From positions 1 to 64,000 of the forward strand of contig JABWCP010000013.1 in NCBI GenBank assembly GCA_013360215.1: 64,000 bases of DNA. Direction: 5' to 3'. The notes under the pieces were generated by a model. That model ran no database searches. It was not told the DNA's origin and saw only the letters and a list, made by a program, of their open reading frames with translations. A program made the position numbers and the translations under genes. Position 1 is the stretch's first letter; each line of letters begins with the position of its first letter. Positions 48,231 to 59,100 of this stretch are shown piece by piece. The DNA comes from a bacterium. Its GTDB lineage: Bacteria; CLD3; SB21.

Positions 48231-49949
48231 TTAAGAAGAATGATCTTTCTTATATGTTCGTGATTTACGAAACGGGGAATCCTCTTTTGTGTGAGTTGAT
48301 CGTTTGGCGAAGGGCATACGCGGTGCGCCGCCGGAGCGTCCATCGGTTCGCTCGACGACGGCTTTTTTTCCGCCGATGGTAATGCCTGTGAGGGAACGGA
48401 TCACACGATCCACGGATTCGGCATCCACGCGGAACACGGAATGATCTTCATTGATAAATACTTTGCCTACTTGCCGTCCTTCAAGGCGCGCCAGATTACA
48501 TATTTTTCCGACAAGTGTGCCGGTTTGCAGATTGTGCTGTGCACCGACATTGATACGCAGTTCGGTCATCTCTGCACGCGGCGCATAGCTGCGGTCACGC
48601 ATTCCGCTACGCTGTCCGAAATTATCCGGTACATTAAGTTCTTTGTCGTCTTCGTATTTTTCCAAAAATTCACGGCAAAGCAAGGTTACCAAACCGCGCA
48701 TGATTTCTTCGGTTTCATATTTTTTGAGTATGGGTTTCCACCGGTCAAAATAACGATCAAACCCGGTCGGATTTTTCAACGCCTCTTCAAATTCTGTAAT
48801 CGTCCGGTCAATGTTGGCTTCCATGATTTCTTGTATGCCGGGAATCGTGGATTTGGTAATACGTTTACGTGTATTACCTTCAAGCCGACGAAGCTTATAA
48901 TTTTCCGACGGGGTTACCAGGGTAATGGCAATTCCTGTTTTGCCGGCACGTCCGGTACGACCGATGCGGTGAATATAGCTTTCAGATTCCATCGGCAGCG
49001 AATAATTGATGACGTGCGTAAGATCATTGACGTCAATGCCACGCGCAGCAACGTCCGTCGCGATCAACAGCCGTACGCCTTTAGCTTTAAATTTACGCAT
49101 TACATGCTCGCGTTGGGCCTGATTCATGTCGCCGTGCAAAGCCTCGGCTTTAAATCCTTTGAGTACCAAGCGCTCGGCGACTTCGGCGCATTGAGCTTTG
49201 GTTTGACAGAAAACGATCGCGTACATTTCTTTGGCGTGATCAATAAGCCGGCATAACGCTTCAAATTTATTATGTTCCTGTACGGCGTAATAAATCTCTT
49301 CCGTGTTTTCCGTCGTGGCCGTGTTTTTTTGAATTTTCACTTCACGCGGCTCGGTCATAAATCGTTTGGCAATACCGCGAATTTGACTGCTGAGTGTGGC
49401 CGAAAAAAGCCAGATGCTGCGTTCGGTGCCCGCATGCGTAAGAATTTCTTCGATTTCCTCCAGAAAACCCATGTCGAGCATTTCGTCGGCTTCATCGAGG
49501 ACAAAGTGTTTGATCTGCGAAAGCTGTAATGTGCCGCGATGCAAGTGATCTACAACGCGACCGGGCGTACCGACGACGATCTGCACGCCTTGGCGCAACG
49601 CACGGAGCTGTACGCCGATATCTTGACCGCCGTAAATCGGAAGAATGCGCAAGCGTTTATGTTTACTTAATTTTTTTAATTCCTCGCTGATTTGCACGGC
49701 TAATTCGCGTGTCGGGGAAAGAATAATAGCTTGTACCGTTTTAGCGGAGGGATCAATTTTTTCGATGAGCGGGATGCCAAAAGCCGCGGTTTTACCGGTA
49801 CCGGTTTGTGCCTGGCCTACAAAATCGCCATGGTGTGATAAAAGCAGAGGAATGGCTTTTGCTTGAATTTCAGACGGTGTGACAAAACCCATTTCTTCGA
49901 TGGCTTTTTGCACTTCGGGACTAAGAGAATACTCTTTGAATGTGGACAT
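48231..49949 (-). CDS. DEAD-box RNA helicase with DbpA-type C-terminal RNA-binding domain (DeaD/CshA-like)
   Basis: AQTGTGKT, PTRELA, DEAD, SAT, HRIGRTGRAG; start 49973 also possible. Confidence 0.95.
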   Translation of the reverse strand: MSTFKEYSLSPEVQKAIEEMGFVTPSEIQAKAIPLLLSHHGDFVGQAQTGTGKTAAFGIPLIEKIDPSAKTVQAIILSPTRELAVQISEELKKLSKHKRLRILPIYGGQDIGVQLRALRQGVQIVVGTPGRVVDHLHRGTLQLSQIKHFVLDEADEMLDMGFLEEIEEILTHAGTERSIWLFSATLSSQIRGIAKRFMTEPREVKIQKNTATTENTEEIYYAVQEHNKFEALCRLIDHAKEMYAIVFCQTKAQCAEVAERLVLKGFKAEALHGDMNQAQREHVMRKFKAKGVRLLIATDVAARGIDVNDLTHVINYSLPMESESYIHRIGRTGRAGKTGIAITLVTPSENYKLRRLEGNTRKRITKSTIPGIQEIMEANIDRTITEFEEALKNPTGFDRYFDRWKPILKKYETEEIMRGLVTLLCREFLEKYEDDKELNVPDNFGQRSGMRDRSYAPRAEMTELRINVGAQHNLQTGTLVGKICNLARLEGRQVGKVFINEDHSVFRVDAESVDRVIRSLTGITIGGKKAVVERTDGRSGGAPRMPFAKRSTHTKEDSPFRKSRTYKKDHSS

Positions 49950-50047
49950 ACTTTCCTTGGGAAACGCTGACATGAGAAATCAATAAATTATGACTATGAC
50001 GTTTTATGAAATATCAGCGGTCTTCATAAAAATCATAAAAGACAGGT

Positions 50048-51010
50048 TTATAAAATTTGGACGCTGTCGCGGCGAACAAAAGAATCGGCCACCACATCGG
50101 TCTGTTCATCGGCGTGATACGAACTCCGTACCAGCGGTCCGGACTCGACCACACGAAAACCCATAGCCAGGCCTTTTTCGCGGAACATGGCAAAATCATC
50201 GGGATGAACAAAACGATCCACGGGGATATGTTCTTTGGTAGGCTGGAGATATTGGCCGAGTGTGAGTATGTCCAAATCCACTTTTCGCAGATCGTCCATG
50301 ACGGCAAGTACTTCATCGTTTTTTTCGCCAAGACCGAGCATGAGTCCGCTTTTGGTGATCATGCCGTTTTTCTTGGAGCGATCGAGTACCTCCAACGTTT
50401 GTGCATAGTTGGCTTGAGGGCGTACGACCTGATACAAACGCGGAACAGTTTCCGTATTGTGATTGAGTATATCAGGGTGCGCATCAATGACGTTTTTGAG
50501 ATTTTCAAAATTGCCCTTAAAATCAGGGATCAGTACTTCGATGCGGCATGTGGGAATGGCTTTACGAATTGCGCGAATCGTTTCGGCAAAAATCATAGAA
50601 CCGCCATCTTGCAATTCATCCCGATTGACGGACGTGATTACGGCATGGCGAAGATTCATCGTTCGCACGGACTCGGCAACGCGCCGGGGTTCATCTTTAT
50701 CGAGCCATGTCGGTTTACCTGTTTTGACCGCACAAAAACCGCAACTGCGGGTACAGGTATCGCCGAGTATCATAAACGTGGCCGTGCCGCGATTCCAACA
50801 TTCGGACAGATTAGGGCAACGGGCTTCTTCGCAGACGGTATGCAGTTTTTTGGAACCGACAAGGTTTTTGATTTCCGAAAATTTTTCACCGATCGGAATT
50901 TTGACTTTGAGCCATTCGGGGCGCTTGAGCGGTTCTTTTTCCTGAACTTCTTCGGTTTTCTTTTTGATGTAGTCAACCTGTACGGAAGTCATCGGATATT
51001 GACGGGACAT
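50048..51010 (-). CDS. lipA: Lipoyl synthase
   Basis: [26 protein letters not shown]. Confidence 0.97.
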   Translation of the reverse strand: MSRQYPMTSVQVDYIKKKTEEVQEKEPLKRPEWLKVKIPIGEKFSEIKNLVGSKKLHTVCEEARCPNLSECWNRGTATFMILGDTCTRSCGFCAVKTGKPTWLDKDEPRRVAESVRTMNLRHAVITSVNRDELQDGGSMIFAETIRAIRKAIPTCRIEVLIPDFKGNFENLKNVIDAHPDILNHNTETVPRLYQVVRPQANYAQTLEVLDRSKKNGMITKSGLMLGLGEKNDEVLAVMDDLRKVDLDILTLGQYLQPTKEHIPVDRFVHPDDFAMFREKGLAMGFRVVESGPLVRSSYHADEQTDVVADSFVRRDSVQIL

Positions 51011-51126
51011 AGCGAACTTTCTTACTCCTCAGTTTCGAGACGTTATATCAAATCCCGACGCCAAAAGCAAAGGGAAAATGAATCATTTTAATCTCGGGTA
51101 TTCCTGCATTATTCGTCGTTGTTAAC

Positions 51127-51738
51127 TCATTTGACGTACACGATATCACCGGCGGCGATAAACTTGATCCGCCCTTCATTTTCTTTGGTAAAACCGACGG
51201 TTTTATCGGTTTCGCGGTCTTTCCATTCAGTCAGAACCTCTACGGTGCGAGCGCTCCATACTTCGATGCGGAGATTGTGCGTACCCTCAGGCAATTCGTC
51301 AAAGCAGCGCTGCAAATCACTTGGAAGTTCCATAAGCCAAGATGACCAATCTGATTCCGGTAGGGCATCACCGCGCGATTCGATTTCATAAATGCGTTTA
51401 CCGTTTTCGATGACGCGGTATTCGATCACTTCCGGCATTCCCCCCGGCAGGCCGCCCATGTGTACGGGGCTATATACGCGCCCAAAAAAAGTGTCGCCGT
51501 GATTAAATTGAGTTTGCAATAAGGGTTGTACCTCTGCGGTTTTACCGAGACGCGGGATTTCTTCTTTGGAAAAAACCACGGCGCCGGCACCCCACCATTC
51601 CTGCCCTTTTGTCTTACGGCGTTCATCATCCGTTTTTTTAATAATATGTTTGTGGAACTCACCTTGCGGCTGCTGTGCTGTGACCATTGCCACTCCTATG
51701 AAAGTAAATAGGATGCAAAACATGGTAAAAAGTTTCAT
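51127..51738 (-). CDS. Hypothetical secreted protein
   Basis: Signal peptide, GGAG RBS, beta-sandwich-like body. Confidence 0.75.
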   Translation of the reverse strand: MKLFTMFCILFTFIGVAMVTAQQPQGEFHKHIIKKTDDERRKTKGQEWWGAGAVVFSKEEIPRLGKTAEVQPLLQTQFNHGDTFFGRVYSPVHMGGLPGGMPEVIEYRVIENGKRIYEIESRGDALPESDWSSWLMELPSDLQRCFDELPEGTHNLRIEVWSARTVEVLTEWKDRETDKTVGFTKENEGRIKFIAAGDIVYVK

Positions 51739-51789
51739 ACGGATGCTCCGTTTTTTTTATTTAACGCATAAGCAGAAAGGACAAAAGAA

Positions 51790-52134
51790 TCAGGCAGGGT
51801 TCCAACCCATCGGTTTGCCGCCAAGGATATGCAAATGAAGATGAAAAACTTCTTGGCCGGCGTATTTACCGTTATTTACGACGACACGAAAACCATTGTC
51901 TTTGATGCCGGCCGCTTCGGCGACTTTGCCTACGGCAAGTAATAATTTTCCGCCGAGCTTCGAATCATCGCCCGTCATGTCGGATAATTTTTCGATATGT
52001 TTTTTGGGTATCAATAAAATATGAGTAGGCGCTTTAGGATGCAGATCATCAAACGCGATAACATCGCTGTCTTCATATACAGGTTTGGACGGGATACGGT
52101 GATCGGCGATTTTGCAAAAAATACAATCATTCAT
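51790..52134 (-). CDS. Histidine triad nucleotide-binding protein (HinT-like)
   Basis: CIFCKI, HLHLH. Confidence 0.95.
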   Translation of the reverse strand: MNDCIFCKIADHRIPSKPVYEDSDVIAFDDLHPKAPTHILLIPKKHIEKLSDMTGDDSKLGGKLLLAVGKVAEAAGIKDNGFRVVVNNGKYAGQEVFHLHLHILGGKPMGWNPA

Positions 52135-52143
52135 AAAAAACTC

Positions 52144-53064
52144 CTACGCTATCGGTTTTTGCAAGTGCGGCAATTCGTAATAATTCATCAAGCCGTTAAA
52201 AGAGCGGCGAAGGAATCCCGGAAGTATGGCTTTGTACGTACGCAAAAGTTTATTAGGATTGAGAACAGATTGGATAAATTCTTCATACGCTTTATCACCC
52301 AACACTTCGATGATGTGTGATTTTTCGTCCGGATCGGTAAACCGCATTAAAATGGCACTCTTTTCAGCCTCGGGATGAAATTGTACGGACTCCATTTCAT
52401 CCGAATAGCGAATACCTGTGATCGCTTTACCGGCATGCGATTCCGATCCTTCAAAGGACAAAATGAGGGCATTCATGTTTTTTAGCCGCTGCGCATCGGG
52501 TTCGGTTACTTGCCAGTCGCGATTATCAAAAGCATAAAACTTGTCCTGAAGTCCTTCGAATAAATAATCCTGCCGACCTTCTTCGGAGCGAAAAATGGGA
52601 ACGATGCCCAGGTTACGTTTATCGCGCTGACTGATATATCCTACTTCAAATTTTTTGGCCATGAGTTGAAACGAATGGCAAATACCGAAAAAGTACTGCT
52701 TGTTTTCGTGCGAAAGGTTGTGCTCTAATATTTGATCTAAAAGTTTCGAAAACTTTTCTTCCCAGTCGGTTGTCGTCTCTTCGAGAGGGCTTCCCGGGCC
52801 GCCGCTGGAAATATAAATGTCGTACCCGTTTTCGGGCACTTCATTGCGATCGCGCACATGAAAATGATCAATCTGAAAATCGACCGCATAACCGTTGACC
52901 CGGACGTAATACGTAAAATTATCAATAATACGTTTGATATTGCGAATGCCTAGATTGCGCAGGCCGTTATTCATATCTAAAATAGCAATGCGTATCGTGA
53001 CCGAAGCGTGCCAGTCCAGATGCTGTTCCTGATTGAGAGAGCGTGCGAGTGAATCTGAGATCAT
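52144..53064 (-). CDS. Class I glutamine amidotransferase-like protein
   Basis: SGGPGSP, GICHSFQ, QFHPE catalytic triad. Confidence 0.88.
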   Translation of the reverse strand: MISDSLARSLNQEQHLDWHASVTIRIAILDMNNGLRNLGIRNIKRIIDNFTYYVRVNGYAVDFQIDHFHVRDRNEVPENGYDIYISSGGPGSPLEETTTDWEEKFSKLLDQILEHNLSHENKQYFFGICHSFQLMAKKFEVGYISQRDKRNLGIVPIFRSEEGRQDYLFEGLQDKFYAFDNRDWQVTEPDAQRLKNMNALILSFEGSESHAGKAITGIRYSDEMESVQFHPEAEKSAILMRFTDPDEKSHIIEVLGDKAYEEFIQSVLNPNKLLRTYKAILPGFLRRSFNGLMNYYELPHLQKPIA

Positions 53065-53068
53065 ACGT

Positions 53069-53872
53069 TTATCCGGCGGAGGGTTGTGGTGGTTTGGCAG
53101 AAGCTTGAAAGCGCGCGCTGATTTTTAACGCATAATACAAAATCGCTACAGCGGTAATGACCCACAGAATGGACCACACTATGGCCGGTAAAAAAAACAA
53201 TTGCGCCACGGTGTCCGCATCCGAATGGCCGAGACTATAGCGGCTTCGTGTCGCTCCCATAGACAGACGTACCAGAGTCAATGCGTCGCTGACGGCGTTA
53301 AGCGCACATTGTACGGCGAGAAAATTAATCACAATATAGTTGAGCCATGTACCGCCTTTGAAAGCGAGTAACAGCAAGACAACGCATAGGCCACCGCTAA
53401 CAGCTAATGTAAAAAAATCACGCACATAAAAAATAATGGCTACGGCAAACCCGATACCGATCACGGCTAAAATAACCCGCGCCAGATTTCGCCGACCACT
53501 CATGATGATCAAAATGCCTGCGAATAATGCTGCGCCCAGATAACCCGCACTCGCGATGAAGCCTTGCGCTAATCTACCGCCGGAAACGGTGTGTTGCATA
53601 TAACCGCTGGTATCAGGATTGATGACAATGCGACTGACCGATTCGCCCATGATCAGGCTGGCGATGGCGTGACCGCTTTCGTGAACGAATGTGGTGAAAA
53701 ACTCAAACGGCAGAAGGATCATGCCGGTAAACGGGAAAAAATCTAGAGCGATAGATACCGCGACAAGAGCAAGGATTAAACCGTTGCTGCGAAAAAACCC
53801 TCTACCGTTAGGTGAAGATTGGGATGGACCGGCGGGGCCGGTTTCGGTTGTATGTGATGTGGTTTCTTCCAA
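53069..53872 (-). CDS. M50B-like intramembrane metallopeptidase
   Basis: HESGH, SAGY.G, SDA, multiple TM segments. Confidence 0.88.
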   Translation of the reverse strand: MEETTSHTTETGPAGPSQSSPNGRGFFRSNGLILALVAVSIALDFFPFTGMILLPFEFFTTFVHESGHAIASLIMGESVSRIVINPDTSGYMQHTVSGGRLAQGFIASAGYLGAALFAGILIIMSGRRNLARVILAVIGIGFAVAIIFYVRDFFTLAVSGGLCVVLLLLAFKGGTWLNYIVINFLAVQCALNAVSDALTLVRLSMGATRSRYSLGHSDADTVAQLFFLPAIVWSILWVITAVAILYYALKISARFQASAKPPQPSAG

Positions 53873-53990
53873 AACACAGGAAACTTACATTTTTTTTAAG
53901 TGGCGTGCAAATGAATGTTGAAAGCAAATCGTATTTAGAGGCCGGTGGAAACAAATATATAGAAACACAATGATGGACAAATATTAACGG

Positions 53991-54374
53991 TTACTCTTCA
54001 TCCGGGCAAGCATCAATAATACGCGTTGGACGCGATCGGAGTAGTCGTATTGCTTCGTCGCCCGAGCGAATCCACAACGTGTCAGCTTGACCAAAAAAAT
54101 CATACACCAAACGGTTATCCAATCGGTCTATCATGATAAGTTCATCCGAAGAAATATGATATTGACCGCACATAAAAACGTGTACGACCGAGTCTTGCCG
54201 TCCATACTGAAAAGCACCGTTTTTTTCAAATATCCAACATGTTTTACGTTGGGTATCCGACCAAAAACCTTCGATGTTTTTTAAAGCAGGATACGTTGTG
54301 CTCAAAGACTCGGTATGTTTGCAAGCGATACACATCAATACTATCATTGCTATCAGCAGGGTGTAGTTTTTCAT
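53991..54374 (-). CDS. Hypothetical lipoprotein
   Basis: Lipobox IAC; IEGFW lipocalin-like start. Confidence 0.7.
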   Translation of the reverse strand: MKNYTLLIAMIVLMCIACKHTESLSTTYPALKNIEGFWSDTQRKTCWIFEKNGAFQYGRQDSVVHVFMCGQYHISSDELIMIDRLDNRLVYDFFGQADTLWIRSGDEAIRLLRSRPTRIIDACPDEE

Positions 54375-55033
54375 AAAGCGTTGACCTTAGCCCATGTTTT
54401 ATCGTCCCAAGCGTCTAATGAAGCAAGTTGAATATCGGCAATACACCACTGCGGTTTGCCCGCTGCCGCGGTATCCGGTACGCATGCGGCCAACATACGG
54501 GCCGCTTTAGCAGCGATCACGCCACTAAGTGAATCTTCGATGACGAGGCATTCTGTCGGGTTGACGTTGAGCCGCTCCGCTGTCGTGATAAAAATTCCCG
54601 GATGCGGTTTACCGTAGGGTTCATATTCTGCGGAGTGGATAACTTCAAAACGATCTTTGATTTTTAGATGAGTAAGAACGGCCTGGATAATGCGCATAGC
54701 GGACGATGAAGCTAAAGCCAATTTGCCGACGTGTTTTGTAAAAAAATCCAAAGCATGATATACACCTGGCATAACTTTGCCGTGCGTTGTGGATAGGGCT
54801 ATGACGCGGTCCACCACGCGCTGCTCTACGGTATAAAGATCAACACCGCTCCACGGTTTACGTTTATACCAATAGTGAACGACTTCATCAAACCGCCAAC
54901 CCATCGTGCGTTCGCAGTCCGCATCCGTTAGAGCGATGCCCAAATCAGCGAATACTTCACGTTCGGCTTGCCTCCAAAAGGGTTCTGAATTGATCAAAAG
55001 CCCGTCCATATCAAAAATAACCGATTTTATCAT
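54371..55033 (-). CDS. HAD-family sugar phosphatase (HxpB/YniC-like)
   Basis: IFDMDGLLINSEPFW, ASSS, KPHP, IEDS. Confidence 0.9.
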   Translation of the reverse strand: MIKSVIFDMDGLLINSEPFWRQAEREVFADLGIALTDADCERTMGWRFDEVVHYWYKRKPWSGVDLYTVEQRVVDRVIALSTTHGKVMPGVYHALDFFTKHVGKLALASSSAMRIIQAVLTHLKIKDRFEVIHSAEYEPYGKPHPGIFITTAERLNVNPTECLVIEDSLSGVIAAKAARMLAACVPDTAAAGKPQWCIADIQLASLDAWDDKTWAKVNAL

Positions 55034-55044
55034 AACGGAGTTTC

Positions 55045-55713
55045 CTACAAACGGCTTTTTTTAAATTTATCTTGCAGTTTTTTATCGGTTAATATTTTCA
55101 ATGCATCGGGTGCATCCGTATGATCGAGCACGACCGGCCCGATTTGTGTCACCGCAAAAAGCGCTTCTTTATTGAGCCGTGGAGATATTTGGCCGATAGC
55201 GATGACGGCTTTATTCATGGCTTCACGAGCAAAATTGGGCGATTCGTGAATATCACGTACGATATTCCACAAATAAGCCATGCAATCGGCTTCACTAATG
55301 GCTGGTCCGGATAGTGCCAAAATCGTATAACCGCACCGACGCACCATTTCTTTTGGGGATGAAGTCCAGCGATCAATCCATTGTTTTCGATCGGTTAAGT
55401 CGGGAGTGATGCTTTCGATTAACGCATCCGCAACATGAGGGTGCTGTACAGTCTCTATACGGTGCTTTAGAAGATTAATATCGGGTGAAGTATGGCGTGA
55501 GGTCATTGCAACCAAAATTTGTGCTTCAGGTATATTGGTGTTCCATAAGTTTTCCAACAAAGCCGCGTCGTTAGATATTTTCTTTTGAATTTTTTTGAGT
55601 AATGCGAGCTTGATTCGCGATTGGATCAAATCGGGGGGTACGTGCGCAAGTGGTTGGTGTGCCTCGTTTTCGTGAGCCTGGCATAACAAAGTTATAACTT
55701 CATCCGGGGTCAT
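55045..55713 (-). CDS. DNA alkylation repair (AlkD-like HEAT-repeat) family protein
   Basis: LW.T...EA.IL, W..S.KE...RCGY, IH.SPN..REAMN.AVIAIG. Confidence 0.7.
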   Translation of the reverse strand: MTPDEVITLLCQAHENEAHQPLAHVPPDLIQSRIKLALLKKIQKKISNDAALLENLWNTNIPEAQILVAMTSRHTSPDINLLKHRIETVQHPHVADALIESITPDLTDRKQWIDRWTSSPKEMVRRCGYTILALSGPAISEADCMAYLWNIVRDIHESPNFAREAMNKAVIAIGQISPRLNKEALFAVTQIGPVVLDHTDAPDALKILTDKKLQDKFKKSRL

Positions 55714-55758
55714 GTGGTCTTCTTAATCATAAAATTCTATGTGATCAGACGTTTGGGA

Positions 55759-58700
55759 TTATACGTTATAACGAGGCAGTTCGATGATGAAAACGGCACC
55801 TTCACCGGGTGTGCTTTCGACTGAAATTTGGCCATCATGCAATTCAACAAGTTGTTTTACGATCGCCAATCCAAGACCGGTGGATGATTCACGGCCGGTT
55901 GGTTTGGCCGAAAGGCGCTGAAATTTACCGAACAATTTTCGTCTATCTTCTAATGTAAGGCCCGGCCCGCGATCACGTACAGAGAAGCGAATAATTGAAT
56001 CCGTAGCTTCTACCTTGATATCTATTTCTGAATCGCGCGGGCTGTACTTTATCGCATTATTGACAATATTTTCAAACGACTCCCTCAAACGAATCGCATC
56101 CCCCCATACATACGAATCAGCATGCGGATGAAAGTGAATGCGTTGCGCTTTTTTTTCGGCATGGATCAGGTTGTCTTGTATAACCAAAGCGGTTATTTCT
56201 GAAACGTCGGTTTTTTCTTTGTTCAGTTTAAGCTTACCGGATTCGATGCTCATGGTCTCAAGTAATCCGTTTATAAGATGAAGCATCTGTGAAGACGATC
56301 GCTGAATCTGATCAAGGTCTTTATTGGCTTTTTCGGGATTGTTCAGTTCGACGCGAACCAGATCAGTATAACCGACAATTCCTTGAAGTGGGTTGCGTAG
56401 ATCGTGTGCAGCGATTCCCAATAACTGCGATTTGGTTTCGCTTGCTTGTTGAGCGATTTCCCGTTCTCTTTCGGCAACACGCCGTGCGGATTCGGCCATT
56501 TGCAATGCGTTTTCTGTTCTTTCTTTTTCTTCTTCGAGTTTACGCGTACGCATTTGTACCAACGCGGCCAGTTGTTGTTCGCGGGCGATCAGCTGACGTA
56601 CGTTGTATCGGTATGCACCCAACACAACAAAAACAACTCCGGTCAAACACAAAAGTACAAACCACCATGTTTGGTAAAAAAATGGTTGTTGCACAAAATC
56701 CAGGCTTGCGCCCTGTGTATTCCAAATTCCGCTGGCATTGGCGGCAATGACTTGAAAACGGTACGTACCGGGCGGGATATTGGTATAAACAGCCGTTCTC
56801 CGGTAACCTGCATCAATCCAGTCATTGTCATAACCATCTAACTTAAATTTGAAACGAATTTTACCGGGTGCACTATAACTCAAACCGGTATAATAAAATT
56901 CAATGCGATCGTGCCCCGCAGGAATGAATATAGTCGAATCCAATCTGATATTTTGTTGACCGTCGGCAAATCGAGTAATGACAACGTAAGGAGGATCAAA
57001 ATTTTTTACAATTTTGGAAGGATCAACCACAGATACGCCATTAATGGTAGCAAACCACAACCGGCCTGATTTATCTTTTATCCCGCCGTATTGTGCTCCG
57101 CCATTGCATTCATTGGTTTTCATGCCGTCATCAATCCCGTAAGCATGGCTTTCCAGTTTCGTTATAATACGACGGTCTAATTGTTCAAATTGATGTTTAT
57201 TGATTCTGAAAATGCCGCGATTGCAACTCATCCAAAAATTGGCACTGTCATCTTCTAATATAGAAAACACGACGTCATCAAATAATCCGTCACGACTGGA
57301 GTAGCGCTTAAAATGCCCGTCATGATAACGAATAATCCCCCCGCCGTGTGTACCAATCCACATATCACCGCTTTCTTCTTCGTAAAAAGTCATAACCGAG
57401 TGGCTCACCGTCTCGTCCGGCGACTTAAAAGATTCAAATTTACTGTTGCGGAGAATATTGACGCCGCTACCGGTGCCTATCCAGAGCCCTCCCTTGCGAT
57501 CTTCGTGAAGAGCGCGCACAATATCATGATTCAAACCGTTAAACGTCGTGTAAACGGAAATATTATTATGATGTAACGCGTGCAGGCCGCCTTTGGTGCC
57601 AATCCACACGATTCCCGAACGGTCTTTCAATACAACGTTGATAAAGTTATTGGTCAAACCGTTAGTTTTATTATATAACTTATATTTTCCGTCGGACCAT
57701 CGGGTCAATCCACCCCCGTCTGTTCCGATCCACATCGCACCCTCGGGGTCTTCATATAATGCATGTATGGGAAAGTTTGGTAACCCATTGGTTCCCAAAT
57801 GAAGTGATGTATGCCTTGTGTTTTGATTGCCGAAGTCAAGCATGCTTACACCAAGGTCGGTACCAAGCCATACCCGATTTTTTCGATCCACAAATAAACA
57901 TTGGATTACGTTATCCAAAATGCCTTCTTCGTTGCCATACGTAATAAAAAGCGCATCTTTGAAACAACTTAAGCCTCCGGATTCCGAACCAAACCAAAAA
58001 ATACCCTCGCGGTCTTCATAAAGTGAAATTATCGTATTATTCATCAATCCTTCTTTGGCGCTGATGAGTTCCAGGTGTTTTTGATTCCATCGGAATAACC
58101 CTAATGAAGATCCGAGCCATAGATTGCCGTGACGATCATACCGGATTGCATATATCTGAGTGTTGTTTGGAATATCAAATTCGGAATAACTTTTTAAACC
58201 ATAAGATTGATCGGTTTGTTCAACCCCAAAAAAACCGTTGTTTGTTCCGACTAAAATGCGATTGTCTTTGTTTATGGATAAAGCGTGGATGGCGCTTTTG
58301 TTTGAGATATTCTTGTTTATGGAATCCACAATAATGATTTTTTTAGAAATGGAGTTAATCATGTATAACCCATCGTGCGAACCAACCCAAATGTTTCCGT
58401 TTAGATCACATTGAAGTGCATGAATGATAGATTCGGATGAATTATACGGTAAAAAAACGCGTGATAACGAATCGCCATTGGTATGGTACAAGCCTCTGTC
58501 TGTTGCAATCCAAATACGTTTATCGTGGTCCATGGTGATGGCGTTGACAAACCGTTCGCTCAAAGGGGAAAACGAAGCGGCACTATAAAAACGATTGTTC
58601 TTGTGTATGACAATACCGCCGCCGCCCGTTCCAATCCATAACGAGCTGTCGGGCATTACGGTTAAGCTTATAATGCTGTGGGATATAAATACAGGTTCGG

Positions 58701-58956
58701 TGGTTTTATTGAATACTTCAAACTGGATTCCGTCAAATCTAACGAGGCCTTCGAATGTTCCTATCCATAAGTACCCGTCCGAAGTTTGTACGATTGATGT
58801 TACCGTTGACTGGGGTAAACCTTCTTTCAAGTGCCAATTGGTATGCGCGTATTGAGTCAATCGGCGCGCAGGATCAAGAGCATAAGAAAAATCTAATCCT
58901 ACAAAAACACATACGAAGAAAAAAAGATGTACAGATTTAACAAGAAGTGCATTCAT
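55759..58956 (-). CDS. Sensor histidine kinase with two-component-regulator propeller repeats and Y_Y_Y domain
   Basis: Repeated D..G.LWIGT..GL, YTNIPPGTY, TM, HDLRNPL, NAIKY, DRGPG, GLGL. Confidence 0.93.
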   Translation of the reverse strand: MNALLVKSVHLFFFVCVFVGLDFSYALDPARRLTQYAHTNWHLKEGLPQSTVTSIVQTSDGYLWIGTFEGLVRFDGIQFEVFNKTTEPVFISHSIISLTVMPDSSLWIGTGGGGIVIHKNNRFYSAASFSPLSERFVNAITMDHDKRIWIATDRGLYHTNGDSLSRVFLPYNSSESIIHALQCDLNGNIWVGSHDGLYMINSISKKIIIVDSINKNISNKSAIHALSINKDNRILVGTNNGFFGVEQTDQSYGLKSYSEFDIPNNTQIYAIRYDRHGNLWLGSSLGLFRWNQKHLELISAKEGLMNNTIISLYEDREGIFWFGSESGGLSCFKDALFITYGNEEGILDNVIQCLFVDRKNRVWLGTDLGVSMLDFGNQNTRHTSLHLGTNGLPNFPIHALYEDPEGAMWIGTDGGGLTRWSDGKYKLYNKTNGLTNNFINVVLKDRSGIVWIGTKGGLHALHHNNISVYTTFNGLNHDIVRALHEDRKGGLWIGTGSGVNILRNSKFESFKSPDETVSHSVMTFYEEESGDMWIGTHGGGIIRYHDGHFKRYSSRDGLFDDVVFSILEDDSANFWMSCNRGIFRINKHQFEQLDRRIITKLESHAYGIDDGMKTNECNGGAQYGGIKDKSGRLWFATINGVSVVDPSKIVKNFDPPYVVITRFADGQQNIRLDSTIFIPAGHDRIEFYYTGLSYSAPGKIRFKFKLDGYDNDWIDAGYRRTAVYTNIPPGTYRFQVIAANASGIWNTQGASLDFVQQPFFYQTWWFVLLCLTGVVFVVLGAYRYNVRQLIAREQQLAALVQMRTRKLEEEKERTENALQMAESARRVAEREREIAQQASETKSQLLGIAAHDLRNPLQGIVGYTDLVRVELNNPEKANKDLDQIQRSSSQMLHLINGLLETMSIESGKLKLNKEKTDVSEITALVIQDNLIHAEKKAQRIHFHPHADSYVWGDAIRLRESFENIVNNAIKYSPRDSEIDIKVEATDSIIRFSVRDRGPGLTLEDRRKLFGKFQRLSAKPTGRESSTGLGLAIVKQLVELHDGQISVESTPGEGAVFIIELPRYNV

Positions 58957-59100
58957 ATGTCAAAGGGTGTGAGGGCAACAGAACTGAAAATTGCGGTTAG
59001 CAAGTTAAACGCTGATCCAAATTAGAAGTATTTCTACAATTATTCAAATACTTAGAAGTAATTTTTTGCATTTGCATGTCGAGCATGATAGATTGGTGCC

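Noticed and set aside
48441-51091. 271-aa and 344-aa + strand ORFs
   Set aside because: Antisense shadows of the DEAD-box helicase and lipA
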